From IMG/VR virus record IMGVR_UViG_3300046513_000221, positions 62,001 to 126,000 of that record: 64,000 bases of DNA, one strand, 5' to 3'. This document shows, piece by piece, positions 19,131 through 27,098 of the stretch; positions within the stretch are counted from its first letter, which is position 1, and the number at the start of each line of letters is the position of its first letter. A program made the position numbers and the translations under genes. Below the pieces are notes generated by a model that did not search any database, had not been told where the DNA came from, and worked only from the letters and a program-made list of their open reading frames with translations.

Positions 19131-19276
19131 ACAGTCCCCATGATTGGAATCATAGGGTGTGGCTAAGAGCCGTAGCCAGCACATCACCGCCTAAGCAGAT
19201 TTAGCGCCTCGTTCGGTTTTACACCTTAGTCATCCCTGCACCCTTGCGTTCAAAAAAATATGACGTTGTCATATAA

Positions 19277-19314
19277 ATACCTCCGCTATACCCGTGAGGA
19301 TATAGCGGAGTTAT
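19277..19314. terminator. Hairpin terminator
   Basis: CTCCGCTATA..TATAGCGGAG after the stop at 19344. Confidence 0.65.
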
Positions 19315-19343
19315 TCAGTCTTATTCAGACTTTCGGTGCAGGT

Positions 19344-20288
19344 TTACTTCTTTTTGCCAACGACCTTCTTGGCAGCGGGAGTGAACTCGTCGCCGTTCCA
19401 GGTGCCCAGGATGAAGTTGCCTTCATCGTCGAACGCGCCTTCTTCGAACTCGCCAGCGTCGTTGACTTGACCTTTCGAGGTGGTCTTGTCGAAGTACAGC
19501 GAGAACGAAACCTTGGTGTGCGGCGACACCATGGTGTGGTACGGCGTGGCGACCTTGTCCAGACCCGGATTCGGTGCGTACACGCGCGCTTCAGCCTGAC
19601 GGCGCTTCGACTTGACGCCGAGGAACTTCAGGTCGTTGTTGACCAGCACTTCGCCCATGGTTTCTTCCATGGTCTTCAGGATGGCGGCGGTCATGGCCTT
19701 GGTCGGAGGAGCGATGTCCTTCTCGACCAGCTTCTCGTGCAGCAGGTCGACGAACATGTCGGCTGGCATCCACTGGCCCGGTTCCAGAACGCGCTGTTCC
19801 TTCTGCTCTTTCTTGGCCCAGCCGCCGCCTTTCTTGGCAGCAGGAGCGGCAGCGGCAGCAGGTGCTTTCTTCGCGGCAGGTGCCGGAGCGGCTTTAGGCG
19901 CGACCTTGGCGGCAGGAGCGGCAGCTTTAGGAGCGACTTTACCGACGACCTTCTTCGGTGCAGGTGCGGCCACTTCTTCTTCTTCGGCCTCGCCGCCTTC
20001 TTCGCCTTCTTCTTCGCTTTGCTCTTCTTCTTCGGTTTCTTCAACCGGAGCAGGAGCGGCTTTCTTCGGAGCGACCTTACCGACGACCTTCTTCGGTGCC
20101 GGTGCAGCCACTTCTTCTTCTTCGGCTTCGCCGCCTTCTTCGCCTTCGGTCTGCTCTTCTTCTTCGGTTTCTTCAACCGGAGCAGGTGCTGGCTTCTTCA
20201 CAACACCCTTCGGTGCGACCTTGGCTGCAGGTGCTGCTGCGCCACCGGCTTTTTTCGCTGCCAACAGTTCTTTCATCGTCTTTGCCAT
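19344..20288 (-). CDS. Divergent HU/IHF-fold protein with a long alternating basic/acidic N-terminal tail
   Basis: C-domain ADMFVDLLHEKL..TKAMTAAILKTMEETMGEVL..LKFLGVKSKRRQAEARVY.PNP..HTMVSPHTKVSF follows the HU pattern; ATG 20288 has a GGAG RBS. Confidence 0.75.
   Translation of the reverse strand: MAKTMKELLAAKKAGGAAAPAAKVAPKGVVKKPAPAPVEETEEEEQTEGEEGGEAEEEEVAAPAPKKVVGKVAPKKAAPAPVEETEEEEQSEEEGEEGGEAEEEEVAAPAPKKVVGKVAPKAAAPAAKVAPKAAPAPAAKKAPAAAAAPAAKKGGGWAKKEQKEQRVLEPGQWMPADMFVDLLHEKLVEKDIAPPTKAMTAAILKTMEETMGEVLVNNDLKFLGVKSKRRQAEARVYAPNPGLDKVATPYHTMVSPHTKVSFSLYFDKTTSKGQVNDAGEFEEGAFDDEGNFILGTWNGDEFTPAAKKVVGKKK
19925..20198 (-). repeat. Tandem duplication of ~135 nt (APAPVEETEEEEQ..GEEGGEAEEEEVAAPAPKKVVGKVAPK x2)
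   Basis: Near-identical DNA copies inside the HU-like gene. Confidence 0.85.
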
Positions 20289-20370
20289 GCTAAACTCCAT
20301 TTTGGTTTGGTTAAAATACAACTTGCTTATCGATAAGTAGCTGAAATGCCGAATGAATCTTTCTCAACGG

Positions 20371-20387
20371 ACACCATAAGAATATAT
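20371..20387 (-). promoter_or_regulatory. Early/middle-type promoter variant ATATATTCT-N5-TGT
   Basis: Two mismatches to consensus; a late motif is also present at 20424-20435. Confidence 0.5.
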
Positions 20388-20520
20388 CCACGTTTTCCGA
20401 GTCAAAGTTTTCCATTCGACATCTAGCATACTGTTGGGAGCCGATGAGTCTAATCACTTTCGAAAATGCGATATAGTTCATCGATCCCTTGACTTGGATG
20501 TAATTAAGCTATGAAACTCT

Positions 20521-21552
20521 TCAGATTTTTTCTTCCTGAGCGTCGAGCAGCTTCTGGAAGAGGAATCCTACGATTACGCGAGCCATCGCAATGCTACGAT
20601 GATTCCACTTCAAACGGTCCTCACCACTCACCATCGACAGCGGAACCTCGCGGTGCATTTCGCGGTCGTAGATAGCGAAGATGGAATTGTAACCGAAATC
20701 GCGCCAGAGCGTTTCGAGGAACGAGTCGTCGCCATACTGCTGGGTGGTCGGTACGAAGAGACGACCGTACATGTGGCCGACGGCGTGGTGCATGATCTCG
20801 CCGTTCTTGGCGATGCTCGCGGTCGTCACGAAGTTACCGGTCGCCATGTAGCGCTTGAAGAACGGATCAGAGAAACCGATCGAGCCGCTCAGCTTTTCGC
20901 GGATGGCCTCGGAGATGATCACCTTGTTGACGAAGTCCTTCATGTTCTTGCGGAACTTCGACAGCGATTTCTCTTCCGTCGCTTTACGCGTGAGGAACCG
21001 GTCCAGTTCTGGGAACTGGCGACTGATGCGGTCGTAGACGCCCTCGTACAGGATATCGTCCTGCACGCGAGCCGAGTGTACGCCCGGACGACCGTTGAGG
21101 ATGTCCACGCAGATGCCGGAGTCCTCAGCGAGGATGTACTTATTCTCGTTCTGGAACATACTGGACAGACCGCGACTCTTGATGAAGCAGTTGTCGAGGA
21201 AGGTCTGACCGGTCTCGTCCTGTTCCGCGTAGGCGTCACCTTCCAGCACGCCGAACGTCAGGATCCCGGTGGTGATCCCGGCCAGCTGGGTGTTCACCTT
21301 CAAGAAGTTGTTGAACTCGTCGATCTTGCCGTGGTTGCCGGTACCGAACGAGATGTGCCACTTGCCGTTCTTCGGATTCTCCAGCCACGCACGGGTGGAC
21401 AGGGTTCCGAAGTTATTCTGGATGACATCGATCTGGTGCTTGAGCTCCTTCACGCTATTCTGGAAGGTGCCGATCTTGTCGTGTTGCTGGTCCACCGACA
21501 CAAAGCCTATGGATAGCGTGTCTTTCACAAAGTCTACTGGTGTTTCATTCAT
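20521..21552 (-). CDS. Ham1/RdgB-family nucleoside triphosphate pyrophosphatase (divergent)
   Basis: TGNHGK, ETGQTFLDNCFIKS, AEDSGICVDILNGRPGVHSAR, FGYNSIF, NHR. Confidence 0.88.
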   Translation of the reverse strand: MNETPVDFVKDTLSIGFVSVDQQHDKIGTFQNSVKELKHQIDVIQNNFGTLSTRAWLENPKNGKWHISFGTGNHGKIDEFNNFLKVNTQLAGITTGILTFGVLEGDAYAEQDETGQTFLDNCFIKSRGLSSMFQNENKYILAEDSGICVDILNGRPGVHSARVQDDILYEGVYDRISRQFPELDRFLTRKATEEKSLSKFRKNMKDFVNKVIISEAIREKLSGSIGFSDPFFKRYMATGNFVTTASIAKNGEIMHHAVGHMYGRLFVPTTQQYGDDSFLETLWRDFGYNSIFAIYDREMHREVPLSMVSGEDRLKWNHRSIAMARVIVGFLFQKLLDAQEEKI

Positions 21553-21668
21553 TTCTTCTTTTCCGTCTGTTTCGACCGACCCTAACTAGAGAGTAGGCCC
21601 AGATGCCAGTCCCGCCACGCACCGAGCGAAGGGGGATTTGGGGGAAGTTCGCTATCGCTACCTTCCCC

Positions 21669-21796
21669 TATATTTTAAATAATCATAAATAATAATAAGA
21701 AAATGGTTATTATACCATTTATCTTCTTATCTTATAAAAGAATCTCCTAACGTTTAGTACGTTAGGAGATTACTTATAATTATTAAATAGTAAAAT
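21669..21796. other. AT-rich island with a 13-bp perfect palindrome, candidate replication origin
   Basis: Strongly A/T-rich stretch in a GC-rich genome; AATCTCCTAACGT-ttagt-ACGTTAGGAGATT. Confidence 0.45.
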
Positions 21797-21827
21797 CGCA
21801 CGAGGGTTGAAGGATGTCTTTCGATAT

Positions 21828-21844
21828 CCGTCCTTATCATATAT
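21828..21844 (-). promoter_or_regulatory. Early/middle-type promoter ATATATGAT-N5-CGG
   Basis: Motif copy pointing into the AT island and the Ham1 gene. Confidence 0.6.
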
Positions 21845-21878
21845 TCGTAATCAACATCTTAAAGTTTGACGCACGAGC

Positions 21879-21890
21879 AACAGTAGAATA
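21879..21890 (+). promoter_or_regulatory. Late-type promoter AACAGTAGAATA
   Basis: AACA-N6-TA ~30 nt upstream of the beta gene. Confidence 0.75.
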
Positions 21891-21921
21891 ATACCAGTCA
21901 TCCACATTTGGAAAGACCATC

Positions 21922-24900
21922 ATGCTAGTCCAGCTCGACAAGATCCTCAATTCGCGGATTTATTTCTCATCGACCCTGCAGTGCAACCCATCTACCGACT
22001 CCGGCAAGTACTACGCTTTGGCGTACGACCCGGCTGACGAGAACGGGTTCAACAACCTGCTGAAATCGATCAAGTTCATGCCAAAGGGTAAGGAGTACGT
22101 GTACTACCCGGCATCGATCTTCAACCCTACATCGTTCGCTCCGATGCCATCCACCAAGGCAAAGGCAGCGTTCTACGAGTGGCTCGACAAGAACCATCCC
22201 GCATCGCACACCAAGATGAACCAGCTGACGCTGAGCGAATCACAGCAAGCCGACCACAACCCGGTGCTGTTGAACCTCGCGTCGTACTTCACGGTTCTCG
22301 ATCCGTACGCGGAGCAACACAAGAACTCCGCCTCCAACAAATACAAGTACTTCAAGATGGTTCTGGCAAAGATCCTGCCGAAGTACTCCGAATTCTCGAA
22401 GGAGAAGATGAACCTGCTGATCGACATCAGCGGCACCGTCACCAGCTCCTTCCTCTTCTTCATCCTGTACGGTCTGCGTCACGACTACGAGGCGATGACC
22501 AAGGCATTCGAGGGCATCAACGTGATCTTCGTGGACGGTCCTCACGGCCTGTTCATGAAGCCTGATCTGGCTGATCGCAAGAAGGTCCAGTCCAATCTGA
22601 ACCTGATCGCCAAGATGCTCAACATGAGCCGCAACTTCGATCGCGATGCGATCATGAAGGACAAGGACGTAAGCATCACCGACGAGAGCGTCGCAGTGTC
22701 CTCCGACAAGGTGGACCAGAAGACCATCGATGCAGCCATTGCTGGCTTCGATATCGATCGCACCACCGAGCTGGAGGGACAGACTCCCGAGCAGATCATG
22801 GCCGCGAAGACCAAACGGATCTCCATCGCCGAGAAGGATCCGAGCGACATCGCGTCCGTGACGGTCGCCAACGAGTCCGACCTCGAAGAGATTCTCGGTA
22901 GCGTCGCCACCGATGACTTCCAGAAGGTAGCCAAGGCCAATCAGGACTTCCTGAACAAGTACGCTCCTGTACAGGAGAAAGCGATCTCCAAGGCGCGTGC
23001 TGAGGCGGAGAAAGCCTTCACCGATAGCAAGCTTTCCATCACCAAAGCTGTCGATAGTTCCGTGATGAACTCGAACGTGAAGTCGTCCGTTATTGCAGCT
23101 CTGACCTCCTCGTACTATCGCAAGATCTACAAGAAGGACATCCTGAGCATCTTCACGAACCTGAACAACGATCCTGATCATCCGGTCGTGATCACCAGCT
23201 TCGAGATGAAAGACAACTCCGATCCGCTGAACATGCTGGATGAGCTGTCCGTGCAGTTCCTCGACAAGAACGGCAAGCGCCACACCTTCACGGTGGACGT
23301 GCCTAAAGTCTCCCACGATGGCTTCCTGTACCTCAATGGCAACAAGAAGTTCGTGACGAAGCAAGCCGCGCTGCTGCCGATCATCAAAGAGGCTCCGAAC
23401 CGAGTCCAGATCACCACCAACTACAAGAAGACCTTCCTGTATCGCAAGAACGACAAGACCTCCGGTATCGTCGATCGCATCTTGAAGACTCTGGTTGGCA
23501 AGAAGATCGACGGCGTGAAGCAGATCTCCGGTAACAGCTTCGCTTCGAACCTGCCGTACAACGTCAGCATCCCTTACAACCTCTTTGGTCGTCGCCTTTA
23601 TAGCGTCGAGATCCAGCAGGGTACCAGCGGTGGCAACGTCCTGCATCTGGTGTTCAACCAGAATAAGATCCGTGAGGACATGAAGGATCTTGGATTCGAC
23701 ATCGAGAAGCTCGGCGATCATGCAATTCCAGTCGCCTTCCGCTGCATCAACAACAAGATCGAGACGGTCTACTGCGAGATGAACACCCGCTCCGGGAAGA
23801 TCATCGGTGCGTGGGATCGTACAGGCAAGCCGAAGCAGGAAAACTACAAGAACATCACTCAATTCATGGCTGACCAGATCCGCAACAGCGGCAACTCGTC
23901 CCTGATCGAGGCTTTCAACAGCACCTCCGCAGGTAAGTCACTCGGTCAGACCGAGATCCGGCTGGCCGGTCGCATGATGTCGCTCGGCGTGCTGCTCTGC
24001 TTCTACCGTGGCATGTTGCCGCTGCTGGAACAGTATGGCATCAAGTACACTGTCTCCGACAAGGGTGGTCGTGCAACCGATACGCAGACCATCCTGCGTT
24101 TCAAGGATGTGTCACTCATCATCGATGCCGAGGGAGACACGACCAAGGAACTGATCGTCAACGGCTTCTACTACCTGAACACCAAGGAGTACAACCTCGA
24201 CGACGCAGGTCAGCGCGGCGCAGTCTACATCGAGTACTTCGGCGAGTACACCGGTTCCCGGAACACCGCCAAGGCCGTGCTGAACTTCGAGTCGGCGATG
24301 ATCGATCCGATTACGTTGGAGGTGCTGAAGGATCTGCACCTGCCGACCACCTTCGTCGATCTGCTGCTGTACGGTAACACCATGCTCGGCGACTTCACGC
24401 ACAAATCGAAGAACGACATGTCGAACTTCCGTACCCGTGACGCGGAGGTCGTGTCCGTGGCGGTCTACAACACCCTGATCACCGCGTTCAACGAGTACAA
24501 ACGTACCGTGAAGACCGGTGTGGTCACCTCGATCTCGGCTCCTCGCGATGCCGTGACGAAGACTCTTCAGACCTACCAGAACATCGAGGGCTACTCGACG
24601 CTGTCACCGTTTCTGGAGATCCAGAACAAGGCTAAGACCACGTTTAAGGGTCCGTCGGGTCTAAACTCCGACGACAGCTACACTGCGGATATGAGAGCAT
24701 TCGACGAGTCCATGGTCGGGGTTTTCGGTATCTTTACCCCCGTTTCTGCACAGGTGGGTATCGCACGCTCCATGACCCTGAACCCACGCATCAACCATGT
24801 GCGTGGCTATCTGGAAAAGAAGAACGTCAATGACATGAACATGGACGAGTTGTACGCCCCCGGCGAGCTGCTCAACATCTTCGTGGCGTCCCACTCCGAC

Positions 24901-26109
24901 CCGATGCGTATCTGCATGGCGACGACTCAGGGCGGTCACATCATCGCGACCAAGGTCCAGCACAACTACCTGATCGGTACCGGCATCGACAAGACGCTGT
25001 CCCATCTGGTTGGTCAGGACTTCGCCTTCAAGGCATCGGAGGACGGTGTGGTGTCCAAGGTCGATGAGACCAACAAGCTCGTCTTCCTGAAGTACGCCTC
25101 CGGCGAGACGACCGCGATCGACATCAGCGACAAGCCAGCCAACAACTCGGCTGGTGGCTTCTACATGAAGAATCAGCTGGAATTGACTGATGGTCTGAAG
25201 GTAGGCTCGAAGTTCAAGGTCGGTCAAATCCTCGCGACGAATCGCCAGTTCTTCAAGGAGGACATGGATGGCTCGCACGGCTTCGCTGCCGGTCGCCTGA
25301 CCAAGGTCGCCCTGATGTGCCTGACGACCACCTACGAGGACTCGATGCCGATCACCGACACCGTGCGCCGCGAGATGGCCTCGACGATCATCTCGGAGAA
25401 GGAGACCATCCTCAAGGAGAACTCCCGCATCCACTCGATCGCCAAGGAAGGTCAGTATATCAACATCAACGAGCCGCTGGTCATCTTCGAGGAGATCGGC
25501 GATACCGAGAAGGCCGCACTGAGTGCCGTAGAGAAGGCTTCCAACCCGGACTTTGGTAAAGGTTCGGAGCTGGAGTATCTCGGCAAGAACGTGGTCAAGT
25601 CGAAGTACGCCGGTCTGATCACTAACATCAAGGTCTACTACAACTGCGATCTGGAGTCGCCAACGCTCGAACCAACTCTGAAGGAGTATCTGCAGGGCTA
25701 CATCGAGTCGAACAAGCGTCGCTCCGGTCTGCTGAAGGGCATCAAGGCTGACGAGCTGATCGAACAAGCATCGACCGAGCGGATCATGAAGGACAAGATC
25801 CTCGGCAATGAGATGCAGGGCGTGCTGATCGTGTTTTACATCCAGCACGAGGAAGATTCTTCTATCGGTAACAAGTTGACCTTCTTCTCCGCAGCCAAGG
25901 GCATCGTGTCCGAGGTGATCCCGGACGAGTTGGCTCCGTATACTGACTACCGTCCGAAGGATCCTATCGAGGCGATCCTGAGTCCGATGTCGCTGATCAG
26001 TCGTAACGTACCCGACCTGATGCTGACGGGTCTGTCGAACCGCGTGATCGTGGAACTGCGCAAGCAGGTTCTTGAAGATCTCGGTCTCATCCCCGTCGCT
26101 ACTGCTTGA
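21922..26109 (+). CDS. RNA polymerase beta subunit, large N-terminal part (probably virion RNAP)
   Basis: VPKVSHDGFLYLNGNKKFVTKQ, FKGPSGL..FTPVSAQVG, HSDPMRICMATTQ, TYEDS, GNKLTFFSAAKG, LSPMSLISRN; lacks the C-terminal clamp region; late promoter fits packaging. Confidence 0.92.
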   Translation: MLVQLDKILNSRIYFSSTLQCNPSTDSGKYYALAYDPADENGFNNLLKSIKFMPKGKEYVYYPASIFNPTSFAPMPSTKAKAAFYEWLDKNHPASHTKMNQLTLSESQQADHNPVLLNLASYFTVLDPYAEQHKNSASNKYKYFKMVLAKILPKYSEFSKEKMNLLIDISGTVTSSFLFFILYGLRHDYEAMTKAFEGINVIFVDGPHGLFMKPDLADRKKVQSNLNLIAKMLNMSRNFDRDAIMKDKDVSITDESVAVSSDKVDQKTIDAAIAGFDIDRTTELEGQTPEQIMAAKTKRISIAEKDPSDIASVTVANESDLEEILGSVATDDFQKVAKANQDFLNKYAPVQEKAISKARAEAEKAFTDSKLSITKAVDSSVMNSNVKSSVIAALTSSYYRKIYKKDILSIFTNLNNDPDHPVVITSFEMKDNSDPLNMLDELSVQFLDKNGKRHTFTVDVPKVSHDGFLYLNGNKKFVTKQAALLPIIKEAPNRVQITTNYKKTFLYRKNDKTSGIVDRILKTLVGKKIDGVKQISGNSFASNLPYNVSIPYNLFGRRLYSVEIQQGTSGGNVLHLVFNQNKIREDMKDLGFDIEKLGDHAIPVAFRCINNKIETVYCEMNTRSGKIIGAWDRTGKPKQENYKNITQFMADQIRNSGNSSLIEAFNSTSAGKSLGQTEIRLAGRMMSLGVLLCFYRGMLPLLEQYGIKYTVSDKGGRATDTQTILRFKDVSLIIDAEGDTTKELIVNGFYYLNTKEYNLDDAGQRGAVYIEYFGEYTGSRNTAKAVLNFESAMIDPITLEVLKDLHLPTTFVDLLLYGNTMLGDFTHKSKNDMSNFRTRDAEVVSVAVYNTLITAFNEYKRTVKTGVVTSISAPRDAVTKTLQTYQNIEGYSTLSPFLEIQNKAKTTFKGPSGLNSDDSYTADMRAFDESMVGVFGIFTPVSAQVGIARSMTLNPRINHVRGYLEKKNVNDMNMDELYAPGELLNIFVASHSDPMRICMATTQGGHIIATKVQHNYLIGTGIDKTLSHLVGQDFAFKASEDGVVSKVDETNKLVFLKYASGETTAIDISDKPANNSAGGFYMKNQLELTDGLKVGSKFKVGQILATNRQFFKEDMDGSHGFAAGRLTKVALMCLTTTYEDSMPITDTVRREMASTIISEKETILKENSRIHSIAKEGQYININEPLVIFEEIGDTEKAALSAVEKASNPDFGKGSELEYLGKNVVKSKYAGLITNIKVYYNCDLESPTLEPTLKEYLQGYIESNKRRSGLLKGIKADELIEQASTERIMKDKILGNEMQGVLIVFYIQHEEDSSIGNKLTFFSAAKGIVSEVIPDELAPYTDYRPKDPIEAILSPMSLISRNVPDLMLTGLSNRVIVELRKQVLEDLGLIPVATA

Positions 26110-26114
26110 TTTTA

Positions 26115-26155
26115 ACGGACTTGCCCTTACTCGGCAAGTCCGTTTTTCTTTTTCT
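26115..26155 (+). terminator. Intrinsic terminator
   Basis: AACGGACTTGCC..GGCAAGTCCGTT plus T tract. Confidence 0.85.
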
Positions 26156-26167
26156 TGAACATTTTCC

Positions 26168-26179
26168 AACAACTCTTTA
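26168..26179 (+). promoter_or_regulatory. Late-type promoter AACAACTCTTTA
   Basis: Heads the tail-fibre operon. Confidence 0.75.
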
Positions 26180-26211
26180 GTCATTCGTTAAATCTATGAA
26201 GAAAGTGGCAT

Positions 26212-26514
26212 ATGACTGATATCAAAATCAAGTCCACCAACGTGGCCGGTAAGGTTCCTCATGTCTCTGACATCGATGATTCCGAGCTGGCGATGAACAC
26301 GGCGGATGGCAAACTCTTCCTGAAACGCAGTGATGCTGGTGTTGACTCGATCGTGGAGATCGGGAAGACTGAGATCGTCGATGATCTCTCCTCCAGCGAT
26401 GCCTCCAAGGCGCTTTCTGCGGCTCAGGGTCGAGTTCTGAGCGAGCGTATCGACACGCTTTCGGCTGACAACGGCGTGAGCATGGCGCTCGCGCTTTCTA
26501 TCGCACTGGGGTAA
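26212..26514 (+). CDS. Tail-fibre-associated protein
   Basis: IKIKSTNVAGKVP..SELAMNTADGKLF (T4 gp34-like N-terminus) and the DDLSS..ALSAAQG fibre motif. Confidence 0.7.
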   Translation: MTDIKIKSTNVAGKVPHVSDIDDSELAMNTADGKLFLKRSDAGVDSIVEIGKTEIVDDLSSSDASKALSAAQGRVLSERIDTLSADNGVSMALALSIALG

Positions 26515-26517
26515 CAC

Positions 26518-26835
26518 ATGCCAAGCTTTGCAAGCTTTCCCGTGCAGAACGTGGGCACTGTCGAGAAGGAGCTGTATCACAACGATACCGCCCTCTCCGC
26601 AGTGATCACCGGCTGCAACGTGGCCAACCTTCAGGCCTCGAACCTGCCTGTAACGGTTGGTATCCGACGTGGACAGACGTTCACGCGGATTGCCCCGACC
26701 AAGATGATCGCCGGTGATGACAACGAAGAACTTGCCAAGGGCAAAATCGTTGTGATGCCGGATGACAGGGTCGTGGCATTTTCCAACACGGACGATGCAT
26801 TTGACATCATCCTCTCTGTATTGCAAGGAGTATGA
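26518..26835 (+). CDS. Small beta-sandwich virion protein
   Basis: 105 aa in the fibre operon. Confidence 0.65.
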   Translation: MPSFASFPVQNVGTVEKELYHNDTALSAVITGCNVANLQASNLPVTVGIRRGQTFTRIAPTKMIAGDDNEELAKGKIVVMPDDRVVAFSNTDDAFDIILSVLQGV

Positions 26836-27098
26836 TCATGTCTCTCCAAACAGCACAACTCGGTGGCGTAGTCATCGACGACAGTATTTCCAAGAAGGTC
26901 TTCTATGGTATCCGTTTCCAACAGGCAACGGGCCACCTGAACATCGAGGAGATCTCCAAGGGTTCCGATCCGATCGCCCTGCCACAGGACGGTGTGATCG
27001 ACCCTACCGATTACAAACAATGGCTCTGGACTAACTCCAAGCTTTCCTTTCAATGGTCCACGACAAAACCGGGCCACCTCGAACTGGTGATTAAATGA
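26832..27098 (+). CDS. Hypothetical virion protein
   Basis: 88 aa, 4-nt overlaps with both neighbours. Confidence 0.65.
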   Translation: MIMSLQTAQLGGVVIDDSISKKVFYGIRFQQATGHLNIEEISKGSDPIALPQDGVIDPTDYKQWLWTNSKLSFQWSTTKPGHLELVIK

